The notes under the pieces were generated by a model that did not search any database, had not been told where the DNA came from, and saw nothing but the letters and a program-made list of their open reading frames with translations. 64,000 nt of DNA. It comes from Balanoglossus misakiensis (lineage: Eukaryota > Animalia > Hemichordata). Within the stretch, counting starts at the first letter, position 1. Every line of letters starts with the position of its first letter. The translations under genes and the position numbers were made by a program. Shown here piece by piece: positions 13,223 through 44,753 of the stretch. The DNA is taken from positions 7,600,043-7,664,042 of the forward strand of contig CM082593.2 of NCBI GenBank assembly GCA_040954595.2. The letters are read 5' to 3'.

Positions 13223-14489
13223 CACTATACGGGTGGTAAATTCTAGCTTGGTAACTTCTGGTTCAGCTAATAATGTGTGACTTTACATTTCACAACTCCT
13301 ATGATACTACAATGTATGTATAGCTTGCGTCTTTATATAAAGACGACGAACTGATGGTTTAATTTTATACAATTCTTCTGGTACATGCGTGAGACAATGG
13401 TTAAATTTAAACCTGCTCTAAAACAATGTAACAATAGGAATAGACTGAACGCACTGTGGCGTGATCGTGGACCACGTGTTATACTGATCATGACTACAGT
13501 GAAAGAATTACTTCCTTGTAACAGTCGCACGATGATCGAACTGTGGATAACCCCTTCCCAAATTTCGTTAACTGCTAACTGCGCAGGCTTGAACTCAGTT
13601 CCATGACTGCTAACGAATTCCCTCACAATACCTTATTGTTTGAAACCCACTCAGATCTGGCCTGATTTCCCACACGTTTTGCTTTTCCCGTTAAACATAT
13701 GGTTCTAAGAGTCTTTATTGTCGGTGATAGGCCACTGGAAATGTTGGGTTAATCAGAACTGCACGCGCATAAGTTTCTGCGAATGGACCATTCATGTCTG
13801 CAGGGGCGGGTGAGGTCACACTGCAGGTGTCTGATCCCCGCCCCCTATAGCCCGTTCTCTTCTTTGTCTAGACCGGTCACCCCTGCCCGTCGCTCAAAGT
13901 CCATCGCTGAGTCAGCGAACCCGGTATACGTGCTCGACCGGGCGAACAACTGTCTGTACACAGGGTAGCCACCGAACCAAGTCCAAATCATCTTCCGTTC
14001 TATTGTATCCCGGGACAGTAGAAGCTAGAGGCTATTGTTTTGCATGCGATGTTACGACAAGGCACGATATTACTAGCCATAAACGGTGCTGGCCTCGGTT
14101 CAAATGGGCGAATCAGGGTTTTTCTTAGAAAACATCTTCGAGTACAGTCAATTGCAAATCGGTCAAGCAACTTTCTTAAACGTAACATGCCTTTTAGTAG
14201 CCAGGTGACCTTTATAGACAGGCCAGTAAAGATGTACATGAAAATTGCGCAGGGACTGGCCAAGTTTCTACAGTGACTTTATTGTCTGAATTAGCCATAA
14301 AAACAAATTTGAGTGTACATTGGTAAGGGTAACAGTTTGAGAAAATGTCGACCGAAAAATACCCTTTTTCTTTGAATTCCGTTCTCCCTTTCTCCCTACT
14401 TGACTGTTTCTGAGATCCATAGAGGTTATTTTTGAAGATGCTGAGAGTTTTAAAGACACGTTTGAAATATTGTAAGTGGCGCTCATTAA

Positions 14490-14836
14490 AGGGACAAAGT
14501 CTCTCTCTCGCTGCCCCTTTTCCATTACTTATGTTTGATACAAAATACACAGTTTATGTTATTCTTCATGTTGATATAAAGAGAATCAACATTCAACGAC
14601 ACACAACTTTCATCCCGTTTGTAGGATATGAGAGTAAAAATCCCACCAAAATGAATAAATGGTAAACACTGATTATTCAGTTTGGCGAGTTTTTCACTCT
14701 TGTGTCTACAAGTTGGGTGGAAGTTGTGTGTGGTCGAACGTTGATTCACTATATATCCACATGTAGAATAATATACGTTGTCTTGTATCAAATATAATTA
14801 ATGGAAAAAGGACAGCGAGAGAGAGACTTTGTCCCT
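14490..14836. mobile_element. Full-length foldback MITE with TTAA TSD (Kolobok/T2-like), family B
   Basis: TTAA|AGGGACAAAGTCTCTCTCTCGCTG ... CAGCGAGAGAGAGACTTTGTCCCT|TTAA; whole element is an imperfect palindrome; TTAA plus AGG termini is the Kolobok/T2-MITE signature. Confidence 0.88.
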
Positions 14837-16490
14837 TTAACGGAAACCCCTCCCCGATATGGTAGGGCGGAAACACAACCTCTCCCCGAATGCCAGTATC
14901 TCAGTATACAATCCAATTCGATTTGGGGGAAAAGGACATATCATTTAGAAACACCAACCATCACCAAATAAGTTCCGAATTAATGGTGGAGCTGTAGTGC
15001 ATGTCTCCGGTCAAACTTGTGACCATCCCAGACTGCATGCACAGGTCAAAGACATGTACAAGGGCATACAGCCCTGATATTTCCGCCGAGACCTTTAAAC
15101 GGCTTCGTGTTTGTGGACTGGTCAGTTTCTTCAGTCGCAGTGGGTGGGCAATTTTCTTTGGCACGTACACTCATGTTAAAAAAGTCGCTTACCCCCTCCC
15201 CCCTCCCAGGGGAAAAGTAAACCCGTGAGTGACCCGTATGATAAAATTCGAAAACAGGGTAATTACCTTCAGTCAGTGCTCTGTCGACATAGCTATTGGG
15301 GAATCAATTAATAACAATTAACACGACTTTTATCCAATTTAGTCTCTATAGTCTAGTCAAAAATTCTTTGGGAGAACTTTCCGGCAAACTAAAATGTTGA
15401 AAACGTTTATTTTTAACTAAATGGCTGTCTATAATGACAGATGCTGTCGAGGTGCCTAAATTAACGATAGTGACTATATCAAAAAGGCTTTACTTATGTT
15501 ATCATTGTATATTGTTCTAACATTGGCCGTCTCAGGGTGACGAGATTTGTATCGAAACAACCGAAATTGGGATCGCGTGGAGTGGAACACGTAGAATAGG
15601 GGATGTGAACATTATTAAAAGCCAAGCCCATTCTAGTTGGGAAGTTGCGGTGACAATTAAAACTGCAGTATTGCGAAATATGAGGAAACAATACTGTTGC
15701 ATACTGGATACTTAGTTTGTATGCGATTTGACGAATATTTTACATGTAGACTGGCGTTCGGATAAATTGGCAAATGAAGCTCCAGTTGATTGTCTTGACA
15801 TATAAGCAAAATATATTATAAAAACAGTTATCGTTGTCTTTTGTCAATATGGGTAGTGATTCATCTGGAATTTTATAGTTTTGATTAGGAAATTAGCAAA
15901 CAAAAAACATTCCAGTATATGCTACATGTCACGTCTGTTGCCTGCTCTGTTGAAACCACATGCTTAATTCCCATCAGTAGTTTGCCAGTTTGAACCGGCA
16001 AGGGTATATCTATGACACCAAAAGTTCACAGCTGTTCTAAGTGTCAGGTGGTATTATGTTCGAATTTGTTTGATATCAAATTCGCCATATCTTATACTTC
16101 GTGAGTGCTGCTTCAAATCCGCAACATTTTGTGGTCGAACTAAATAACTTGCGTTAAAAGTATTAAATTTTAACTTAACCCACATATTTGAAGCGAAAAC
16201 TGTACGACCCCTAGACCCCCCCCCCGGCCCCAGGGGAGACCCAGTGAAACCTGCAAGCTACGCTGACTCTACCCGCTAGAGGGCGTCATCGAACCAGGCA
16301 TACTAGTAGTTTTACAAACTTGGTGCTGAGTCGGAACAACTGCTGGCTGTGGCCTTGACACTGATGCGTCTAATTGAAGATTCTCGCCGCGTGCTTGATG
16401 TGAAGTTCACCAAAGACATCTGATACATCCTCACGGTCACAAGTTGACTGTACCCTCATTTACAGTGCAGTTCGAATCGTGCATGCAAGG

Positions 16491-16850
16491 CCCGGCGGTG
16501 GCACTCCTAGGGAAAATGGGCATCTATAAATGCTTGTTCCGCAAAATTTTAAGATACCACTTTTCTGGACAGGACTTTGCAACAAAAAAGAAACTCTTAA
16601 TTTGTGAAAGAAATGAGAAATTTCGACCAAAACACCCCCTCATTCACAAAATCTAGGACAGGAAGTGTTTTTTTTCGAGTTTAGAGTAACCGATAGGTTT
16701 TCTAACGCTTTTTTGAAAAAGTACCCCCTTTCCTGTTTTCACGGACCGTGCTGACGACAGAACAAAAAACACCTCCTTTTCCGTGATTTTGGGGAGCACT
16801 TTTGGGTATACCCATCTTCGTTTCCTTGGCCTGGGAGTGTCATCACCGGA
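16491..16850. mobile_element. Unclassified TIR element with 8-bp TSD
   Basis: ATGCAAGG duplicated at 16483-16490 and 16851-16858; imperfect TIR CCGGCGGTGGCACTCCTAGG / CCTGGGAGTGTCATCACCGG. Confidence 0.75.
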
Positions 16851-17401
16851 ATGCAAGGTCAGTGCAACTGTCTAGACAATGAACTTTGCGCTCCGCGAAA
16901 TTACCACCGTCCGTTCAAGAAATTGCGATTGGCGATGAGTACAAGGACAGAAAGGCAAGCAACGTTAACGCGCATGCGTAAAGATTGCCATTTGGGGTTT
17001 TCAAAAGTTATCCCAGCTTCTTGCTTGTCCGATAGATTTGAACTTTGGCAGGTATGTCCACAGGGGTGGTCCAAATCAGATTTGTTCAAATTTGAACGCA
17101 ATCTGAAGTTTACCATTTTGAGTTTAATCTCTGGAACATGTGGAACAGTCATGAGTTTGTGCAATCTAATTCACATCCTAGAACAAAACAAACGTTTAAT
17201 TTTGTTTACTACAAAAGGGCGAGTGATGCATGTAACGTTGAATGATGTATTTAAAAAAATTACCAGAATGCACTGTCACTCAGGGGTCAAGAAAGTGGCT
17301 CAAATCCTCAATCATGTAAGTTCTGAACCGTGAAAACAAAGTACATTGATAATGCACAAATTGTCGGTGATGGCGCTCCTCATGAAAAACTCGACTGCTG
17401 A

Positions 17402-17478
17402 TAGTCTCGGTTACCCAGACGCCTTTGCTTCTTCGGAGAGCAGCGGAAGAAGCAAAGGCGTCTGGGTAACCGAGACTA
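17402..17478. mobile_element. 77-bp palindromic TAG...CTA element with 9-bp TSD (AcademH-like)
   Basis: Perfect 33-bp arms, 11-nt loop; TSD GACTGCTGA at 17393-17401 and 17479-17487. Confidence 0.88.
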
Positions 17479-19971
17479 GACTGCTGAAAACATTGTACAC
17501 ACAAAACCATGATTTGTCTGAAGGCATCAAATTGCCTTTATTTGAACGTTGTGTGTTTGCCACTGTACAAATATTTATACATTGAAAGATATCTCCACTA
17601 TAAATATTACTCAACTAAAAATAACTGCAAAGTAAATGCTAGGAAATACTAGGCTATTAAATAATCCAAGACAAGCACCAGGGTCAGGCTTATTCAAGAA
17701 AACAGAAGAATTACAGGGAATATTATTTATATTGTAATGATCAAATAATCCTGCTTATACTGGAGTATATGAAACGATGGGACTGGGACACTAGTTTTAT
17801 ATAAAATTCGCATTTGGTAAACATTTACATGTGGACACTTTCAATTTTTTTTTTTAATCCTGTTTTGGTGTTAGTTTTCGAAAGAATGCATCAATTTACC
17901 ATGGTTCTGTCCGAACCCATTGTATATACTTCGGAGCATACATTTGTATGGGCTAATGGTTGTACAGTCAGAAAATAAAAAATATGATAATTATCCGAAA
18001 AGTTGCAGCTCATGAGGCTATATGACAGGCTATCTACATGTATACAGAGCGCCCTCTAACGAGCACATGTAGCTCACCACTGACATCAACGTTTTTGCTT
18101 TAATATTGAATTTGGGTGTCAGAGAAAGCAAAACAGATCTGTTCAAAGACTTGTAAAGATTGCAGTAAAATACTTATTAACATCACTTGTGGTAACAGAC
18201 ATTTTAAAAGTACAACTGGAAGCAGTAACCAGCAAATTGATCTTCAATTTCAGGTTGTTTTCATTTTTTTTCATTTTATTACAACCACTAAGTCTATTCT
18301 TAAAAACCGCGTTATTCAAAATTAATGTTCTAAAACGCAGATATAGAATAAGCAATGCAGATATTCTGTCAAAAATTGTGCAAATCACTTAATCAGCGAT
18401 TTAATGTTATCAAATGCTAATTAGATGAGTAGTATTTACAATGCAATCTTAATTATGAATTCTTACGGTGGCATATATGGAGTTTGTAAATCATAGCAAA
18501 AATGATACTAGACTAAGAAATGACAGATTTCAGGAGATTGGCAACTTTGCCCCATTGAGCTGGATGGGATATTAGAAATATCGCAATAAAAATTGTAAAA
18601 TCATTGAGATCAATTTAGTCATGTCCTTTTAGGCAAAAAAAATCTGTTTTCATTTGGAAGGGAATTTCTTAACAATAATCAATACTGGCTTTGGGGATAT
18701 GGAAACTGCTCATCTGAAAAAGGTACATGAAGTGTGTTATGTCAATTTTTGAGGAGTACGTAACATCCACTGCAGGTAAAAAGATTGCAAGCAGACAGCA
18801 TGAGTCTGTTTCACATCATGGGGAATTTTTGTGCGCTGAAACAAAGATGCCACATGTCAGACAGATGTATTATACCCTTGTAAGTTATTCATATCTGTGT
18901 GACTGTTTTAACAAAGGCACCAGAAAAATTTAAAGTGAAGGGTCGTCGTGCTGCGTTTGTTAATAAACATTACGATTCATCCACAAATCCCTGAAATTAG
19001 GTAATTCTTAGAATGAACGAAGCAGCCAACCGCAGCGTAGACTGGGCATGACAGCAACTGAAGATCCTAGTAGGTCGTGGTGACTGCAGTGGGGTTTGTG
19101 CTGGTATGGGAGGATATATTCCCATCAAGGGAGGACACCCACGCGGCGTGACGACTGCTTCCCTTTAACAAAAAGGCCATCATTCACATTAATCATACAT
19201 GTAGCACAATGCAACTTGAGGATAATATTATGTAACAGTTCACATTCAAGTTCAAAGGACATTAGTTCAGCCATGTCCCAGCTAATATCGTTGAACCCCT
19301 GGACGGACACCTGAATGCATTAAAAAGAATAAAGTCCCCTTGAAGACCTCCAAGGGAACAAATAATGAAATTCATAAATATGTTTACAATCCGCATATTT
19401 TTGTCATATGCCGCAGGAGCTATAATACTGCAAATGCTTCAACAGTAAACAAAACATAACAGCAACCTCTTTTCAAACAAAGACAAATATTAACAGTTAT
19501 AGTGGACACACATACCATCAAAACGATATAAAAGGTTTTGATTCAAAATTGGCTTTAATGGAGCCAACCAGACGGTGTTCATGGATATAAAGAAGCCTGT
19601 TTGTCAAATAACAGACAAGAGTCTGTGAACACGCCCAAAGAGGCTAGTACCGATAAAAATTTGGCAATAAGTTCCATAACAATGACACTAACATTCAATG
19701 TAGAAATGTTTAACTATATGTCTTCTATGTACACTGTACAAAATCCAATTGTTTCAGGAATAAATAAACAGCTGAAGAACTTTCCAGCAAGAATCCTAGC
19801 TGTATTGAAATATTGAAAACCTCTACCTATTTAAAGCAGCAAAAATAGTTTAAATATTCTCTTGAGTCACAACACATTCAGAAGATTGGACTTGATAGAG
19901 ATGCAGGATATATATATAAATCTATGATTTACAATTTCCATGTAGGGGTGAAGATGGTTGTCAGTGTAGTG

Positions 19972-38829
<18,858 letters not shown>

Positions 38830-41800
38830 CTTGTCCTCCTCTCCTTTACTCACCCCTTGGGCCTGGCACAAAGAAGAAGAGGAGATTGGTGAGCAGACTT
38901 CATTGAAAGTAAAGGAGTCTTTTCTGATAACAATGAGCTGGACCAGTGTTAGCTAATTGTCACAATTGTTTATGTAGCTTGTGTCATTGTTGATGTACAT
39001 GTACCTTTTGCTATGATGTGCTAGTGAGATTTGGCAATGAGGTGCTAAATTTGCTATCCTGGACTGGACTTGGGTTAGCCCAATTCCATGCTAACGTAGT
39101 TATGGAATTATTAAAACTCTAACAGCCATTTAACTGTTAACTTGAATACTGTACATTGTACAACCATGTACATGTATGCCCTGTATTTCAGGCCAAAGGA
39201 AGTAAATTCTTTGTTTTGCGTCCACTTAAAATTATGAAAGGTAGACGACTAAGCAGTTATAAAACACACACACTAAATTTAACACACAACAATTTACCTT
39301 CATTGACAGTTTTGTCATGTAACATATGCGTCATGTTCCGTTAGTGATTTGACAAATTTCTCTAGACATCTTTTTGCCAAAGGTCAGCACATCAGTCACA
39401 AACTGGCAAACAGACACAGGACAAACACTATACGACAATAAATTACATGTATTACATGCCCTGGGTATGTCATTTACTGGTATTTAATTTGTCTCAACAA
39501 GAATACTGTTCTAATTGTCTGAAAATTACAAACAAAGTCACACTAGGTTTCCTTATAGAGCAACTCTAAATTTAGTTGCACATGTGTTTAAATAGAATAA
39601 CTGGGATATACATGCAGAGTTGCAGACTTAATTAACATTCCCCTAACAGTCACTTCCTGATATTAAAACCATCTAGAATGGCCCAAGGTGCACTCAAAGC
39701 TGTGCAGATATAAATTAAAAGATTCAAGGTCTGCTTAAATTTGATCTGATAATAAGTGGACTGCAGTCCAACTTGGGGTGAATGACTCCCAAGTCAAGGA
39801 CACCACACAAAGACTGCACTTTCATCGGTAAACCAATTAATTACACTTGAATATGGCAGAATCCTTATTTCTTGGCTCTTAACAAATTTCTCGGATATTC
39901 TGTTGTATACGGTAGTACATGTATGTACATACAACGTACATGTACACCGTTTTCTAGATAAACCTGATGATTATTTATATACATTGTACATTTTTATGAA
40001 CTTGTTTATTTATTTCTGAAGGTCGTGTAGATGTTTCCATGTCATATATTGATTTTCTTGTAATAAAATTATACATGTACACACTTTTACTCATTACTTT
40101 TCCAGCTCTTTACGCAGGCCAGACTTGTAAAAGTTTAATAAAAACTACTTCCATGATCTCATTAGATTTGAGATTTTTGACTAATTATTTCTTTGATCCG
40201 TGCTGTAATAATTGTCAGCTATCACCAATGCCACCATGCTCATCTCTTTTTATTTCAGGAAATAAATCACATTTGAGAACTTTCATGTTACATTGTAATA
40301 CCTCAAAATCTGAAAACATCTGGAACTGTTAATTTGGCCTTGTCACTATGAAATGTACATATTATTGACAATTATGTAATATCCATTATTATCTCTTTTC
40401 TTCCTTTACATATCTGTGTTATTTTTAACTGAAGCTGAACATGTACACACATGGGATGTGTAGTGATGTACCTAGTGTACTGTACCTGCACATTTGACCA
40501 CAAAGGTAGTTTTCATCGGTGGCACATTGGTAAAATTGATTTTTCCAGCATATTCAATCATCTAAAGGTCATTCAACTTACAAAATGTATTGCTGTTAAT
40601 CTAACCTTCTGAGAATTATGCTGTATTGACGTCAGTTGTTAGTAATGAAACCTACTTATAACATAATGAAACTATGTAATAATAATCTGAGAATTATAAG
40701 CTGTACATGTGAAATCTAACATCATGTGATCATCTACATGTACATGTCCTTGTCCAATTAGAGCATGCATATTCACAGGAATGGATTTCTTGAAACTTAA
40801 AATTGAAGTACATCTACGGTACTTGTAAGTACCAACATATTGTATACACAGAAAATTACTATATTGTAACTCGAGCCACCATCATGTAATAGACACAAGG
40901 AAAATGTGCAATGACATAAATTAATGCATGGATTAGTATTTTAATATATTCAAGCACATGACAGTAGATGATCATGTTGGAACAGTAGCCACTGACGATT
41001 TACTTCACTTTGATGAAAACAAAATGGCACAAATATGAATGTGGTGCATGAACTGTGAAAGCTATCAATCATACTTTGCTTAAACAATTAAAAAAAAAAC
41101 ATTTGATTGTTCGTTTGTTTTTTCATTCGAAAAGATACATGTACATACTTACAGATGTCCAGCTGGGAAGTGAGTATTGTAAGCAATGGATAAAGAAAAG
41201 AACACAATATATATGAGCATGCTACCTAAATAAATACAATAGTTTGGGTGTTACAGAGATATGTCACCCCTACATGTGCATAAGTAGGAGTCAGCTCAAA
41301 ATCAACAATGAGGACATACTTTGCCTGACCAGAGTTGGAAATATAGCTTACCCAAACTAAAACCAGAGGTTAAGCATATTCAAAAGTTTATTTTTTATAT
41401 TAACAATCACCATACAATGTACATGTACATTGTATGTATTTGTACTAAATTGTTATAATCAATGTTCAGAATCCATACCTGTTTGCTTTTATTCACTGCA
41501 TGGGATGTGCTGCGTGCAGGTCGTCGCATCCCGTGAACTTGGCCCTGGTATTAAAATCACTGCCTCCTTTAGTCACAGCAATCTACAATGTATGAAGTCA
41601 GAGATAGCATGTAACTATTGGGTAAAATTCAGTACCATAATTTTAATTATAGGGCTGTGCCCAAAAGCTCGCACATACGATTGGAAATTTTAGGCACTGT
41701 TCATGTGTAACAAGCATTGTTATTGTTAAAATGAATCAAAATTTGAAGTTTTGAATTGATATTGAACAATAACAATACTGAGGTAGAGTGCTGGGCATTT

Positions 41801-41880
41801 CATCAAGTTGGAATAATGAATAATTGCAACAGGAGAAAAAGAATTTAAAAGGTGCCATTTCCATCAGACAAGATGATGTC

Positions 41881-42085
41881 GGATCTGGTTCTCTTAGTGG
41901 ACACGACTATACCCCATGGCAACGATACCATGGCAATGAGGGTGAGTTAGGGTTAGGGTTAGGAGGGTTAGGGGTGGCAATGTGAGGGTGAATTTAACCC
42001 TAACCCTAACCCTCCTAACCCTAACCCTAAAAAAACATATTATCGCCCGTGGAGTATAGTCGTGTCCACTAAGAGAACCAGATCC
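41881..42085. mobile_element. 205-bp MITE with 8-bp TSD carrying head-to-head telomeric repeats
   Basis: Perfect 32-bp TIR GGATCTGGTTCTCTTAGTGGACACGACTATAC; TSD ATGATGTC (41873-41880, 42086-42093); internal (TTAGGG)n then (CCCTAA)n. Confidence 0.9.
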
Positions 42086-42960
42086 ATGATGTCTACCCAC
42101 ATACATACATGTTCAGTGTGTAATTGACACATGGCGATTATCACCTATTCATTAGACAACATGTTCATTTCTTGGGATTACTGAATTGACATTGTGATGA
42201 CTGTGTCAATAAAAGCAAATGGCTCCAGAAAAATCGCATATTCTGTCCCAGATATATCAGGTATCACACTGTCTGACATAGTTTTAAACAATGACCCTCA
42301 AGACATTTTTCTCCAGGGTCTAAGATCTTGTTCAGTCGGGACGATTTCCACTGTCTATTGTTGTCAACACTTGACGAGGTCAACTGAACAATATAAGCTT
42401 CGGAAGAGGGACGCCTCCTGACACTACAAGCTAAACACTGTTTTATCTACCACATCATACTAATGAGATGCTATCATTCAATTTACAAGACTATAGCAAT
42501 ATAAGACATGTCTAACCCTGCCCTGTTCATTTGGTCTAACATTTGACAACTTGGTTCTTGATCATGATTTGACAAATACACATTATTACAGAACCACTGA
42601 TCATAAAGACTTATTATAATACAGGGTAACACTGCCTTCATAGAGCCTTCAAATAACAATAAAGACAGACACAATATTCTCTGCACTCGTCGGAAATCCA
42701 TTCAGCAAATATTATAACAAACGACTTGACGTGCAAATTTTGGAAATGTCAACATTGCCATTGGGCAACTCTGATAACGATTAGTGCATAATTCCACCTA
42801 CAACACCAAAACACCCAAAGTGACGCACACCGAGGTATGTCCTTTGGCCGCGGTATCGAGAACGGAACGTTGGTGTTGGCAACGCAACGGTAGCGTGTGT
42901 TTTTCGAGATAAGGGAAATCATTGAATGAATATCCTAAGATCAACATAAACATTGCCTAC

Positions 42961-43160
42961 CTTGATCGGTTTTACATGGCCGTCAACAACTTGATTCAGG
43001 CCCGAATAATGGCCGTTCTGGATGTAAATTGATCCTTATTTTTGACCGTATGACACAAGTATAGGCACGTTATATCAACCACTGTGCTGTGTACAAAAAA
43101 TATACGAAAAGTTGCCCAAATCACGCTAAAATCCTTCACTTCGCCTACCAGCTTCCTTCC
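42961..43160 (-). other. Probable non-coding first exon of FAM13
   Basis: Donor AAG|GTAGGC at 42960, within the CpG-rich island; next exon acceptor at 38862 precedes the ATG; 5' end approximate. Confidence 0.55.
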
Positions 43161-43310
43161 CTCAGCTGCAGAATGTGTTGCCTGCTACTCGATAAATATT
43201 GACCAATGAAAACAACGCATATTGTCACGTGGTTTAGCAGGTTCCGGTTTGCCTGCGCGTGCGTACGGCAGTGATGATGTCATTCTCACCTGAGCAAAAT
43301 GGCGATGACC
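43160..43310. promoter_or_regulatory. Bidirectional promoter FAM13 / STAMBP
   Basis: CpG-rich; CCAAT (43203), GTCACGTG (~43223), TTCCGG ETS-like (~43242), GCGCGTGCG NRF1-like (~43255), AAAATGGCG YY1-like (43296); divergent donors at 42960 (-) and 43393 (+). Confidence 0.7.
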
Positions 43311-44753
43311 TACTGAAGTTACAAGTGTCTGGCTTTCTGTAATAATAGTTGATGTTTCGGAGAAGCTGTTTATCTGACAGCAAGACATTCTGGTAAGTAG
43401 TTATAGCGTGGATGTAGCAATGGAATGGAAATGAAATCGATCGTGACAGTCGCAAGTTACAGAATGAATAATACTATTTTATTCAGAGATTCGGCTGCTA
43501 AAGTTGTAAACAATATCTGTCGATGATGTCAACATCACTCATCAGTAACGCACACTCACATTACAGTTTGCAAGATGAACCTAAGTCCTTTATGAGTCAT
43601 CTGTTCTATAATAGGTCTAGCTAGGCCCGAAGCTCATACAACATGCATTGTCACTTTCATTTAACTGCTAACTGCCTACACCCATTATTTTTGTTTGTTA
43701 AATCATAGTCCCCCCCCCCCCCCCCCTCAATGCTCCAGGCTCTATAACAGGGGTGTGTCGATAAATGAAGATAAATTGTCCGGCTGTCCATGGTTTAGAT
43801 TCAAAGTGACTTACGCATGAAAACCCCTAAAGCCTTTCCTGCCAAGTACACGGCCAGGCCTGGATCATTACTCTGTCAAGGCGATTGGTACCCATACATG
43901 ATATCCCATGTATAAGTCATAGTTTCCATGCCATATCTTTTAATCCACCATTGTTGAGCGAAAGTAAAGCCCTGGTTCATATGGGTGTTGAACTGTTCAG
44001 TATTTATCAGTCAGCAGTAAATCACTCAATCAGGACTCATTTATAGGGAATTCACACTGACATAATCAATCAATCAAACAGTTAATTAATCAATCAAAGT
44101 CATTTATAAAGTGCCAGAATCAATAACAGAAGGTGCTGAAAGTTAATTTACGTCAAAGTTCAGGCCACCATTATTTTGTGCAGTTCTAAGACCCTTGTGT
44201 AAAGTTTATAGCAAAATAGATCAGAAAAATAAATTGTGCATCCTTGTACATTATATGAGCCTTAACAAAAAAATCTCTGAGAACATCCCTTTAAATAAGC
44301 CTTGTCATTGACATTTGTCACAAGTGTAAAATTGACCACTGTTGCCACATAATTCAGGTTTTAAAAAAAAACTAACAGATGCGTGTGACATCTGTAAACG
44401 TACACACATTTGCACGACTATCTGCATGGATCATTTTTCACTGCAGCAGCAGGTATCATTGTTTGTAGTTTTATCTAAACAGATCAATTGCATCCCTGTA
44501 ATTGATAGGGAAAGCCTCAATAGCAACCACTTTTGAATTCTCCCTTTGAGAATAAAATCGGGGTCACCATACAGTATTTTGAATAAGAGCAAATACATGG
44601 ATGGACCTTAATAGTAGCAATGATATTTATTTTAATTTTTTTCATGCCTATTTTTTACTTGCTGTGGGTCTCTTTGGAAAGTAACTCATATCACTTGATT
44701 TCATTCCAGATCGAATTTCCAGAGAATTCACAGAAAATACGCCTGATTTGAAT

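Noticed and set aside
16851-17333. 160-aa ORF ending in a HCHSGVKK segment vaguely like an integrase zinc finger
   Set aside because: No catalytic motifs, LTRs or supporting splice structure; starts in a TSD
41940-42030. Ancient telomere-telomere chromosome fusion site
   Set aside because: Arrays are enclosed by perfect TIRs and an exact 8-bp TSD, so they are part of a transposon
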